A stretch of DNA of 64,000 bases from Utricularia gibba (taxonomy: Eukaryota > Plantae > Magnoliophyta). The stretch's first letter is position 1. Each line of letters starts with the position of its first letter. The translations under genes were made by a program, and so were the position numbers. This document shows positions 48,317 to 60,185 of this stretch, one piece after another. The DNA is taken from contig NEEC01000007.1 in NCBI GenBank assembly GCA_002189035.1, positions 310,001 through 374,000 of the forward strand, in the 5' to 3' direction. The notes beneath the pieces were generated by a model that was not told where the DNA came from, did no database searches, and saw nothing but the letters and a program-made list of their open reading frames with translations.

Positions 48317-49659
48317 CCCCAATTGTTTGGGAGAAGCTGAGCCAGCTAAGAAGTTCTGGTCTTGGAGGTGAAGAGTTTCTCCCCTCCTCTTGGTTTCATG
48401 CTCAGCCACTGTAGTGTTGCAAACAAGTGTCATTCTTATAGCCTGGCACAATCATCATCTCAGTTATCTTGCTAGAGGGTATAAGGGGATTGTGGATGCT
48501 GATAGAGGTGGACTGCAAATCCCATATAATGCTCGGAACAAGTAGAATTGTAACCACCCATTCTCCATTTCTCCCTTTTTTGGGCTGCGATCACCATCAT
48601 CCTCGATCAAGGAATCGTATCGAACTGCACAGATCACCAATCATTTTTTGTAGGCGATGCGTCGCTGTATAACAACTAATATAGCGACCTACCAGCTAAT
48701 GCTTTGATCAGTCGCGGAATGTAGAAGGAATCACTCCAAGAGCCGTCCTACAGATCTAAAATTTTCAGTTTTTCTTGATCTTCTGCAGTGGGGTGGAGTG
48801 ACAGTAGGTTATTTATTACTTGACTTAATTTTGCAGCATGGACTTCAGGAAAAGAACAACTTGGGGACTGAATCTCTGAACCACCAGTGACGGTAGTTTT
48901 CCGGAGGATGATGAAATTTTTAGGTTTGTGACGAATTGAAGAAGCTCTGTCTGTTTGTTTGCTTTTTCCAATTTATTACTCGTCCCACACCATTATCGCT
49001 TAATCCGTTTCTGGTTTACCGATAATGAAGCAAAAAGAAACAATCTCGTTACAGTCTTGCTTGATTCAACTTTCCCTTATCGCTGTTACTTCTCAAACTT
49101 CCTACTTTACATGCGGTTTTTCTTAGTGAGTTTCGTTGCTTCCTACCAAGAGCATAGAAAACATATCAGCAGCATTCTTTCATATGGCTCCATGAGTTGG
49201 TTTGCTGTTCATCTTTTTTTTTTTCCAATTTCGTGAAGCGATTGGGTTGTTGCTAATCTGCTGGTCTGCGATCTGTGCGTTTTTTTCCCATGATTCGACG
49301 TGTTTTTTCTGATTAACTCATTGATGGGACTTTCTGGGAATTCATTTGCGTGATTTATAACGAGAAATGGACTGAACAGGGTTGCATTTGCTTACCCAGA
49401 TCTCTGATTTCTTTTTTTCCATCAGGAATCGCTTGCAAGCTTGGGACATTCTGGGTTGAAGATGGATGTGACTGACAAGATTGTGCTGAAGGTATTGCTT
49501 GGTTAGAGTAACCAGTTTTATGAAGGTTTTAGAAGGTTTTCTTCCATCAGAAACGGCTATAGCATATCATGAGTTCTTAGAAGTTGATTAGTTGATAAAT
49601 GCCATATGTGACCTGATCCATAGAAAGCTGGAGAATTATCACATTAACTGAGAAGAGAC

Positions 49660-51217
49660 ATGCCCTCTCAAATTCGTTCTGGGGCGTTTCTTAAAACCTA
49701 CGCCGTTGCTGATGGTTTTGTTCCCGTGGCTTCAGTTCTCTGCGGCATCTTGGCTTGCAAAATGGTACATTACAAACCCTTTATGTCAGCCTCAGCAACT
49801 TTTGTTCCCATCCTTGAGGATGGTCTTTATGTTCTTTCTCCACGCGTGTTTCGAAGTAGATATTTATTCCTTCAACAGGTGTATGATCTGGTTAAGCTGC
49901 TGAGTACATTGCACAACAGGTTTTACAATGGCCTCACGAAGATCCAAAGAATCGAGTGGAATAATCGGTGCTTTATCTTCCTGAATAGTCTTATTTTGCA
50001 TTTATACTCGTTTTGGCCAAGGTTTTGACCTTTAGAAATCAAATGTGGATGCAGAGGAATGTCCACCGTTCATGCTCTTTTTGTGACAGTCATGTCATTC
50101 TACTTTGTCTTCTTCTCTGAGCTCTTCTCTAGTCGCATGTCGGCCAGCCTGATTACATTCCGGAGATCGCCTCTCTCGACTTTCTCACTTGGAGTAAGTA
50201 GCACTAACTATCCTTTGCTGCTAAAGATGCCACTCTACATTGAATCCATCACCTTTTTTCATAGTCTATATTGCCACCAAGTTCATGAATTCGTTTAGTG
50301 CTGTGATTGTTCATTGCTGCCACTTATTTCTGCCTACCTAATCGTGGTCCAGCTCATGGTCTTTCATGTATCGACATGGCCTTCGATTCTGGTTATCAAG
50401 CTTGACATTGGTGTCCCTTTTGTTCTGAAACTTCGCAGATGTCCGTTGGCTACTTCATTGCAGATCTTGCGATGATCTGCTGGCTGTTTCCTTCTCTGGG
50501 CGGCTTTGAATACGTAAGTGATCGAACTCTGTGATGTAATGATCGGATCCATTCACGCTGCTGACTGAGCTGAGCTGATCTGATCCCATCTTTTCAGATC
50601 CTCCATCACTCTCTTTCAGTGGTTGCCGTTGCGTATTCCATGTTCACCGGAGAAGGGCAGCTTTACACATTCATGGTCCTGTTGTCTGAGATCACAACGC
50701 CGGGGATCAACTTAAGATGGCAAGCAAGCCCTTGTTCAATTCTCTGCTGAACAGTCCGTAGCGTTTTTACAGAATGGATGGAAATCTTCTCCACAGGTTC
50801 CTCGACGTGAGCGGACTGAAGAAGACGACCGTGTATCTCGCCAACGGAGTTGCGATCTTCCTGGGGTGGCTGGTAAGTACCCACCACGACACGCTAAAGT
50901 GTTCTCACTGTCGCTAGACAAACAGCTCGATTTGTATGCGAATGCAGGTCGCCAGAATCCTGCTCTTCATCTACATATTCCGCCATGTCTACCTCCACCA
51001 CGCCCAGGTAACTAACTCAACGAAATAACTCGCTTCTTTGGTGATCCTCCTTCAACCATCGGGTTTCATGGCAGGTGATGAAGATGCATACCTTCGGGTT
51101 CGTCCTGGTGATCGCCGTGCCGCTGGCCCTCGCCTCCATGAACGTGATGTGGTTTGGGAAGATACTCAGGGGTTGAGGAAGACGATCGCAAAGAGAGAAA
51201 CGGAGATGATGGCTTAA
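49660..51217 (+). CDS. TLC (TRAM/LAG1/CLN8) domain membrane protein, TMEM56/TLCD4-like, multi-exon, with a frameshift near the 3' end
   Basis: LTKIQRIEWNNRGMSTVHA, SVGYFIADL, ILHHSLS, GEGQLYTFMVLLSEITTPGINLRWFLD, WLVARILLF and MNVMWFGKILRG(LRKTIAKR...). Contains one GC-AG intron (50720-50796). Confidence 0.9.
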
Positions 51218-51474
51218 TGTACAGTAAACAGAGGGGAGTCCCGGGGTTCTTCTAGTAACTTCCGTGAGTACAGTTTTTGCTCAGAAAAAAAATAAAATAA
51301 ACCTTTATTTTATTCAATGAAAATGGAACATGGTAGTTGGTATTCTAATTTTAAATTGTCTTGTTGTAAATAATTAAAAAAGAAAAGGAAATTAGAATAA
51401 TGATTATTATATTATTTAAGAAATTAATAATAATAATAATGGGTGATTATAATACATAACAATGGGATTTGAAA

Positions 51475-52458
51475 TCATTTGGTGGAAGAAGACGACTGGG
51501 AAGCGAGGGCGAGAATGGAGTTTGCGAGCTTGTTAATGGCGTCCACAAGTCCATTGATCCCTTGTCTATTCGTCTCTGCGTTGGATTCCTCAATTTTCAG
51601 CCGTCTCTCGTTCAGCATCACCGATTCTCTGTGTTGCCGTTCAACTCGTTCCTCGCAAGAACGAATGGCTTGTGCGATCATGGCGCCGCTTTTTGCGATC
51701 GCCGCCCCGATTTCATCGACGCTCGTTTTTCTCCTCTTCGCCGCTGAATCCGAGTACTCGCTCGTCTCTGAATCTGAATGATTTGAGGACATTTTTGCGT
51801 TTTTGGTGGATTGGTTTTGCGGTGTCGGTGATGGATTTGGGGGAAATTGGAAACCAGGAAGCTCTGTCGGCGGCGGCGGTGGCGGTAGTAGCAGTGGTTG
51901 ATGTGTCTGTTGATTGTTGGGATATTGCTTGACTGGAGACGCAGCGAGAGGCGACTGTAGAACTGCTGCATTGCTTCCGACGCCAACCGCCGTTGATCTC
52001 TGAGCTTTTCTGTCGACGGCTTCAACCAAGGCTTCGTATATCTCCGGCAACATATTGGAAGGTAAATTGTTGTCTTTCCGCTCGTTCTTATCGATGATCC
52101 AGTAAGATCTTCTAGATTCCTCTTCTTCTCCCTTTTCTCCTGCTGCTGTTCTGCGTTCGTACTCCCTCACTTTCTTGAAATCTCTCATCAGATTATCCCA
52201 TTTATCGTTGCACTGATTCTGACTCCTCAAACAACCATACCTCCAGCAGTAGTCCTCCACCCATTTCCATCTCAACTCCGCCGGCTTTGACCTCTCTCCG
52301 CCGCCTTCCCCGCCCATTCGCCTCATCCTCCGCTCCTCGTCCATCTTTTTGGCCTTAATCAAAACCATTGTCTCTTGTACAGACCAGTTCCCCTTTCTGT
52401 AATCCCTCACCGCATCAGCATTACTACTCCCCGCCTGATTAACCACTGTCAGATCCAT
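51475..52458 (-). CDS. Trihelix transcription factor, SH4-type (Myb/SANT-like domain plus C-terminal coiled coil)
   Basis: RDYRKGNWSVQETMVLIKAKKMD...ELRWKWVEDYCWRYGCLRSQNQCNDKWDNLMRDFKKVREYE, a Pro-rich linker and the coiled coil ERRLKIEESNAETNRQGINGLVDAINKLANSILALA. Confidence 0.92.
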   Translation of the reverse strand: MDLTVVNQAGSSNADAVRDYRKGNWSVQETMVLIKAKKMDEERRMRRMGGEGGGERSKPAELRWKWVEDYCWRYGCLRSQNQCNDKWDNLMRDFKKVREYERRTAAGEKGEEEESRRSYWIIDKNERKDNNLPSNMLPEIYEALVEAVDRKAQRSTAVGVGSNAAVLQSPLAASPVKQYPNNQQTHQPLLLPPPPPPTELPGFQFPPNPSPTPQNQSTKNAKMSSNHSDSETSEYSDSAAKRRKTSVDEIGAAIAKSGAMIAQAIRSCEERVERQHRESVMLNERRLKIEESNAETNRQGINGLVDAINKLANSILALASQSSSSTK

Positions 52459-52786
52459 GCAACAGCAAGATACCACTCTACTACTCCATGGGAAACCAAG
52501 TATGAGAAGGGGTAAGAGTTCAGACTAGAAATAAAGGAGACGAAAGAGGTATGATTGAGAGGGGATGATACCAAAAGTCCAAAAAAATACCCATTCAAAC
52601 TGACACATATCACCTCTCCACTTGACCTCCATACATTGAAAACAGAAAGGAGCCAATAGATGAGTGGGGATAGATAGAAAGATGGATCAGAGTGGCGCAA
52701 TTACTTACATTTAGCAAGCGCTGAGATGAGATGAGAATATGAGATTCATTTCTTTCATTTCTCTTCTCTTTTTTTTTTGTTGCCCT

Positions 52787-52806
52787 GCTCAGCTCAGCTC
52801 AGCTCA
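52787..52806 (+). repeat. (GCTCA)4 pentanucleotide microsatellite upstream of the trihelix gene
   Basis: gctcagctcagctcagctca read directly, followed by degenerate gccccagccc. Confidence 0.85.
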
Positions 52807-53908
52807 GCCCCAGCCCTGCCTGCATGGGACAGGTGAAAGACTCTGACCACAGCTGGCCACCCACAGCCCACAGCAGCAGCAATCATGGCAGCTTTCTTAA
52901 ATTTCTTTCTACTTCCCCTTTCTTTCACCCCCATTTTCTATTCCTCCCATTAATTTTTTTTTTCACTGCAATGCATTAACGCAAATGCATCTTTTACTGA
53001 GATTTGGGGAGTTTTTGTTTGGGTTTGGCGGATTGGTGGAGCTGTTGTTTGTGCCAAAGTTGGGTGGTATACATGACATCTGTAGAGTAGAGATGTTGGT
53101 GACGTGGCCTTCGTGAGTGGTGGTGTGGATGTATCGTACTGTAAAGGAGGACAGCAGAGTGGGCCAGGGCCGTTTCTTTGACCGTCTCTAGGCCTTTGAC
53201 CCGAATGGGCCCGCCCAGTGCCCTCCCAGACTCGTCACTGTCGTTCTTAGCTCTTGGACTCTAGCCTGCTGTTTCTCTTATATTTACTACCATCGCTCGA
53301 GGCCATTCCCGTAATTTCAGGTCACCGGATTTTTCATCTAAGTTATCCCTGAAAAAAGAGAGGGAGGAGTGGAAAGTGAATGGATGGGCTTAGCTTCATT
53401 GCTGGGCCTATCGAGGGTCTCCATGGATAACCTCTGGATCCTTGGCCTCTTTATTCAGTCATGCTGGACAGTATTGGGCACTATGCTTCGTTTTTCATGG
53501 AGGATATAGTGGCTTGAAGTTGAGGGATGGATTCGGTCTTATCGATGAACTCTCTTATGAGTTTTAAGGAAGTTGTCTCTGTACATGGCTTATGAAGAAA
53601 CTTATCCAAGATTGTAGTACTCATTTTCTGCAATGTTATAACTTGTGAGGCGATGCTTGATAGTTCCCATGTTTGGTATGTTTGATGAGTTGGAATGATT
53701 TTGCTCATATTTATATGCAGAAAATACCATGAAGAAATCATCCTGGTTCTGGGAAATACAACACAACGTATGTTCCAAATCAGAGTTAAACCCACCTCCT
53801 CAGCAGCAACTTCATGGCCTGCACCAATGAGACCGGAATGGACTCCCCTTGAACTACATTATCGAGTAGTAGGGGCAACAGAGGGAGAGGGTGTAGTGCA
53901 TACCTGGA

Positions 53909-54794
53909 TCAAACATTGGGGTCAATGAGCTCGCCGTTCAAGTACTCTCTGTAGGCAGCAACAGGCCAGCTAAATCCTCTCCAGACAAGCTTGCTAGCAA
54001 GTGGTACATCGATGATGATTTCCTTTTGAGTTGGTTTCTTGTCATCCCTGATAGCAATGAGGTAACTCCGGCCGACCCACCCAATCCATCCCGCAATATA
54101 CAGGAACAAGATTCCGGGAGTGATGAACTCGCCCCAATGTCTCTGATCCCCGCTCACAATCAGATGTGGCAGCCCATCGGATCCACAAAGCAGTCCTTGG
54201 TTCCCGTAGTTTTCGAACCTGCATCATCATCATCATCACCCGAGATTACTAACTATCCTGCTCTATGAATGAGTGCCATCCGAAAGAATTGAGATTGATC
54301 AGATACTCTATCAGTCCTAGTTGCAAGAGTACTGATGATCAAATGCTGTGGTGCACCTCTTGAGAGGTTTGAATGGAATTTACTGATTCAGGAGCGATCA
54401 CTTAACGGAAATCGTACCTCTTTTTGGTCTTCTCAATAGTAGCGTTGATGGCGAGTGCAGGGGCACTATCAGGAGCATACAGCTTGAGAGATGACTCCAG
54501 TTTCTTGATCTCCTGTTTCTCGCGCTTGGCAAACTGCTTAGATTCCTTGCAAGGGGTCAGCCCCGAGATATCGGCAGATGCCGGAAGCACGGGAGCCGAA
54601 AGGATGATCGATGAGAGCGCAACCGCAGCAGACAAAGCTTTCAGCTGAGCAGCAGGAGAAGAGGATTCGTCTGATTGAGAGGGAGCATTGATTTGGCAAG
54701 AAATCGATGCAGATTTCCGTTTAACCGTGAATTGGGATCCCAGCTTTGGAGTAGAAATGGATTTGGAGAAGTTTGTGGGTATCGTGAGAGACAT
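53909..54794 (-). CDS. PSAF: Photosystem I reaction centre subunit III, 2 exons (intron 54219-54417)
   Basis: Bipartite transit peptide ending ASA|[65 protein letters not shown]. Confidence 0.97.
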
Positions 54795-54920
54795 CTTTAT
54801 CTTCCTCCTCCTTCTCCTTCTTCTTCTTCTCCCACAGTGATGAACCACGTTTGATTTGTGAGCGGAGGGCAAGATTGGAGAAGAGATGAAGGTTGAAGAG
54901 ATTTGGTGGCTGGGAGTTTG

Positions 54921-54957
54921 GATAAGATGTGGTGGTGACGTGGAGGAGCATGATTGG
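54921..54957. promoter_or_regulatory. Light-responsive module upstream of PSAF (I-box, G-box-like, CCAAT)
   Basis: GATAAG at 54921-54926, ACGTGG at 54938-54943 and ATTGG at about 54953, 130-160 nt upstream of the ATG. Confidence 0.5.
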
Positions 54958-55346
54958 AAGCCATCGTTTGCTCGTTTTAGATTCTCTTCCGCGACGCGAC
55001 TCTATCCAGCGCAGCCAATATCAACTCATGCTAAGGTACGAGATTTTTAAAATAATTTTTATTAACATAAAAATGGAGGATAGCGTATGTTATCATCATG
55101 GCTCATAATAGCGGCGCAATTTAGGGTCCGGTTCACTGGGCACATTGATCGATCAATAAGAAACTCGTTTACAGGAAAAATGGCGATTTGAATTTCGGAA
55201 GAGTGATGATAACAAGAATGAATGACACAAAGGTACAGATTTTTTTCTTCCCCGCGACGGAGGTTTACAGATCGATCAGAAGAATGTACCCAAACCAGCA
55301 TTCAGCAATGAACACAATTTACGAGTAGCAGCCAGTTGATTTATAT

Positions 55347-55583
55347 CTACACTTTGTCGGAATTATGAGGCTCAAATACAGTCGGCTGCAGCGGCGGCGG
55401 AGGGGACCCGTAGCCCTGAAAATCGGCTGTTCCGGGCGGCGGTCCAGGAGTAGGAAGGCCGACGACCTGGGCATTGGCGTAAGCCTCCTGGCGCCCTTTG
55501 GCTCTTCCAAAGAAATAACAACCGAATCCGAGGAGAATCGAGAAGAGAATCAACGGGAGAGAGATCACGATCACCATCCCCAT
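55347..55583 (-). CDS. Small single-pass membrane protein with a Pro-rich tail (uncharacterised plant family)
   Basis: 78-aa ATG ORF MGMVIVISLPLILFSILLGFGCYFFGRAKGRQE...PTPGPPP: N-terminal TM helix, basic stop-transfer residues, Pro-rich tail, preceded by a CT-rich leader. Confidence 0.75.
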   Translation of the reverse strand: MGMVIVISLPLILFSILLGFGCYFFGRAKGRQEAYANAQVVGLPTPGPPPGTADFQGYGSPPPPLQPTVFEPHNSDKV

Positions 55584-56897
55584 CTCTCAGGCGTTGGTTT
55601 GAACACGAACTCAGGGCATCAGGAAGAAGACGAAAAAAGGAAAAGAGAGGAAGCAGGGAATCCCGGAATTCTTCGCTGTCTCTAAAAAAACCCTGGCCAA
55701 CCTTAACGTTCGAGTTCACAACGTCTATCTCGGAATCTCCTCCCCAACGGGCAAATGCGAGTGACAGTCCGTCCAGGTCCAGAACCACATGGCGAGAATA
55801 ATAATTAATTTAGTCGCGGTTGCCAGCACCAGCACAATTGCTGTCATGAGATACGCAACAAAGGGGCCATTTATTATTAGCGACACGCTGCACCCATCCA
55901 CCATCAATGAAGGATGACCAAGCAGCCAAAGTCCCCTTTCGAATCCAGATTCCACGCACTGACACACGTACACCATACACACACCGCGCCTATTAACTGT
56001 GATTGTCTACGGGGAAGGAAGGATGGTCACGGGTTGTTAGACAAGACCCGTGGTAAAGGCAATGCATAGAGGGGAGAGGGAATTCGAACGTTGGGGGGGC
56101 TGGGGACTCCAGCCGGTCCAGTCCCCGAATCTACCAACACCTAGACCCACACATCTAGACTGTTTCCCTTTCTTTCTTCATCCCTCTCTTAGGAAAACTG
56201 TTTAGTACTTTGATGGGAATCATTTTAATCTGTCATCGTTCGAACCTCATATGCGGGATTTGAATGTCTGGAACAGGCAGACATCAACGGATTTCAAGAT
56301 TGATGTAAGTTAGAAGGCAAGAGGAACTGGAAGTGTCACATCCAAGAGAACAAAGAAAAGAAGAAGAGATCTTCATGTTCCACCCGTTATTCATCCAAAG
56401 CGATCAAAAAAAGTTAAGGGTAAGAATTGGAAAAAGCCTTTTTTTTTATTTTTTCTAAGTTTCACCAGTCTGCACGCTTTTTCAATCAGACCCAAGGCAA
56501 CTCATGGAAATCACATAGTAAAGCGGTGAGAGGGAAAAGAAACAAAACAGGCAGAGGCAGGCAGCGCAGCAACTTTTTTCTCACTGAAGCTATTGTATTA
56601 AAGAAAGAAATAAAGGAAAGAGAGCGGATTAACATTTACCTTCTCTTTACAGCTGAAAAGGGTTGAGCTTCGTTCCCTTCGCTTCTTCTGGAAATCTGCA
56701 AAGAAAGAAGAGGCAAAGCTTTTGTGGGTTCGTACTTCTTGAAGGAGACTTTACACATGCTCAGTTGGGAGGCTAGAGTTTACTTTGAAAACCAGTGCCT
56801 GTTACAATAAAGCTGTGCTCTTTGCCGATTTCTCCTTTCTATTCCTTACCTTGGAGGAACTCCCGAAGGGAGATTCCGCTTGAGGAGAACGACTGCA

Positions 56898-59800
56898 ATG
56901 AAGTGGATGCGGGCTTTCGACTTCATTTTGCTTCAGTGGGTTGTAATAGCCTGCATTTTTTCGAAGTCCCACGCCGACTCGAACACTGATATATACATTG
57001 TGACACTGAAGAAGCCCCCTGTTCCTGATAACTACCAGGAGCTCATAGCTGAAAAGGGAGGAACTGACAGAACGACTAGATTTGATAGACCCTGGTAAGT
57101 TTCTTTCTTCTTGTTTCCAGCAGTTCCTGTTGCGTTGGTGGGTATTGGCTGTAAGAAACTCTACTGGAACAGGAATTTATCAAGAGGAGATAGCTATTAT
57201 CATGGCACATTCAACAGTCATCTACATGACTCTTTGCTGTCAAAGGTTTTAAGAGGTGAAAAGTACCTTAAGCTGTACAGCTACCGTTACCTCATCAATG
57301 GGTTTGTTGTGCTTGTCACCCCTGAGCAGGTTAGTTAGCAAGATAAGTGAATCGATTTGCAACTGTCAATGAAACTTGTATAACTTCTCAGCTTGTTCTG
57401 TAATAACTTCAGACATTTTCTCATCCATGCCCATTCATTGTGTCTGCTCTTTCTGTGTGTTTAAGGCTGAGAAACTCTCTAGGAGAAGGGAGGTATCGAG
57501 TATCGTCCCAGACTTCCCTGTTCAAGTAGCCACTACTCACACACCGCAGTTTCTCGGTCTACCTCAAGGTGCATGGTTCCAAGAAGGTGGATTTGAAACT
57601 GCAGGAGAAGGAGTTGTGATTGGATTCATTGACACCGGGATTGATCACACGCACCCCAGCTTCTCAGATGATGCACCTGAAAAACCATATCCGGTTCCTG
57701 ATCATTTTTCTGGAATCTGCGAAGTAACGAAGGACTTCCCATCAGGATCCTGCAACAGAAAGCTTATTGGAGCTCGTCATTTTGCAGCGTCAGCCATTAC
57801 CAGAGGAATGTTCAATGCCTCAAAAGACTATGCTTCTCCTTTTGATGCTGATGGCCATGGCACGTAAGTATTCCCAAGGGAAATGCCCGCATTGCTTTAC
57901 GTCAGCCTCTTTCTGTATCCTGTGCTTGCGGGTGAGAGTGCTCATGTGACAATTTACTCACAGGCACACAGCTGCTATCGCAGCAGGAAACCATGGGATT
58001 CCAGTTGTTGTTTCTGGGCACCGCTTTGGAAATGCCAGTGGGATGGCTCCTCGTGCACAGTAAGGAACTTGAATTCATTTCAACCATCCTTGTTTGTGGA
58101 GCACCTGACTTTTCATACTCATCCATCCATTGTCTCTCAGCATTGCTGTTTACAAAGCATTATATAAGAGTTTCGGAGGCTTTGCTGCAGATGTAGTTGC
58201 TGCAATCGATCAGGTAGGTGAACCTTGGATTCACAGAGTAGGCCCTCTGATCCTTTCTAGAACTCGGATTTGAACTTATATACAATTTCAGGCTGCCGTT
58301 GATGGTGTGGACATAATCAGCTTGTCCATAACCCCAAACAGGCGGCCCCCTGGAATTGCAACTTTTTTCAACCCCATAGACATGGCTTTACTTGCGGCTG
58401 TAAGAGCAGGGATATTTGTAGTACAAGCCGCTGGAAACACAGGCCCATCCCCTAAGAGTATTGCTTCATTTAGTCCATGGATTTACACTGTCGGTGCTAC
58501 TAGCCATGATAGAGTCTACAGCAACTCCATAGTCCTCGGAAACAATATTACAATCCATGGAGTTGGACTCGCACGTAAGTCTAGAATATCTGACATTCTT
58601 CGTTGCTTAGCTCTGATGGTTCATTTGAAGCAGAATCAATGTTTACCTTTCAAGTGTCTTTTCACCAGCTGGAACTAAAGGTGATGCCATGTACACATTG
58701 GTTTCTGCTGCACACGCCCTAAACAATACATCTTCTGGGAAGGATATGTACGCTGCAGAATGCCAGGACTCAAGCAATTTTAATCAAGATCTTGTCAAAG
58801 GGAATCTTCTGATCTGTAGCTACTCCATCCGATTTGTGCTTGGTCTTTCCACCATAAAAAGGGGTCTAGAAACCGCACAAAATCTCAGTGCGGCTGGTGT
58901 CGTGTTCTGCATAGACCCTTTTGTAGTCAGCTACCAGCTTAATCCGATTCCAATGCGTATTCCAGGAATTATTATCCCATCTCCGGATGACTCCAAGGTG
59001 AGTTCTACAAAGTTAGTCATCCATGCTACAGATGGATGCAACTGACTTTCTTGGTCATATTTCTGCAGGTTTTTCTCAAGTACTACAACTCGTCACTGGT
59101 GTGGGATGAAGACACTAACAAAGTTGCTTCATTTGGAGGAGTTGCAAGCATCTCGGGTGGGATAAGAGCGAATTTCAGCCATCCTGCCCCAAAGATCATG
59201 CACTACTCTGCCAGAGGACCGGACCCTGCAGATAACTCTTTCACAAATGCTGACATACTCAAACCAAATATTGTTGCCCCAGGGAACTTTATATGGGCTG
59301 CTTGGAGTTCTGGTGGCAGTGACTCCGCTGAATTTCAAGGTATCAATAAAAGGTAATATCGTCAAAGCGAATACCTTTCAGGAGAATTCACTGTCTGAAA
59401 TTAATATAGGTGAAGGCTTCGCAATGATGTCTGGAACAAGCATGGCTGCTCCACATATAGCCGGATTAGCAGCTTTGATCAAGCATAAGTTCCCGTTTTT
59501 CTCACCGGCAGCCATTGGATCAGCACTGTCAACAACAGCTTCTGCGGCTGATAGAAATGGAGGGCCTATCATGGCAGAAAGATCTTACATCAACCCTGAT
59601 ATGAACCAATCTCCTGCTACTTCCTTCGATATGGGGAGTGGATTTGTCAACACCACAGCGGCACTGGATCCGGGTCTGGTGTTCGACACAAGTAAGTCAC
59701 TTTCTTCTTCATCCAGAAGTTTGACAGCTCTGCATGCTCCAAAATAACAAATTGAGAGGAAAATTGCAGGCTATGATGAGTATAAATCCTTCTTGTGTGG

Positions 59801-60185
59801 CATGAATGGTTCATCCCCAGTTGTGCTGAATTACACTGGTGAAACCTGCAATTCAACGTTCACGTTGAGAGCTATAGACCTCAACTTGCCATCAATAACA
59901 GTATCTAGGCTGGAAAACACTCTTCTCATTCAAAGAACAGTGACAAATGTTGGCGGAAATGAAACTTACAATGTAAGCTGGACTGTACCTAATGGAACTT
60001 CTCTTCAGCTGTCACCAAGCCAATTTTCCATTGGTAGCGGAGAGAGGCAACTACTCACCATATCCCTGACCGCAACCGTGAACAGCTCGGCCCCAAGCTT
60101 TGGAAGAATTAGCATGTCTGGTTCTTTAGGTCACCAAGCTAACATCCCTGTATCTGTTATTGACAAAATCATACTGGAGCAGTAG
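56898..60185 (+). CDS. Subtilisin-like serine protease, SBT2 clade (SBT2.2/2.3-like), multi-exon
   Basis: Signal peptide, I9 prodomain (YLKLYSYRYLINGF), mature start TTHTPQFLGL and an intact catalytic triad: GFIDTGID (Asp), DGHGTHTA (His), MMSGTSMAAPHIAG (Ser). PA domain and Fn3-like C-terminus present. Confidence 0.95.

Noticed and set aside
19119-51217. Calling UFO, L12-like, membrane protein, RBR and TLC genes pseudogenes, or invoking programmed ribosomal frameshifting
   Set aside because: Each has a single +1-repairable homopolymer lesion with conserved sequence on both sides and no other decay. I saw no shared slippery heptamer or stimulatory structure. Sequencing error is the simpler explanation.
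56098-56126. Two mutually exclusive GC-rich mini-hairpins (GGCTGG/CCAGCC versus GGGGACT/AGTCCCC)
   Set aside because: Stems of 6-7 bp are expected by chance in a G/C-rich patch, and there is no evidence this region is transcribed.
59341-59410. Internal CTTTCAG|GAGAAT in an SBT2 intron resembling an alternative acceptor
   Set aside because: Using it gives a stop within five codons. The downstream AG restores GEGFAMMSGTSM, so there is no evidence it is used.
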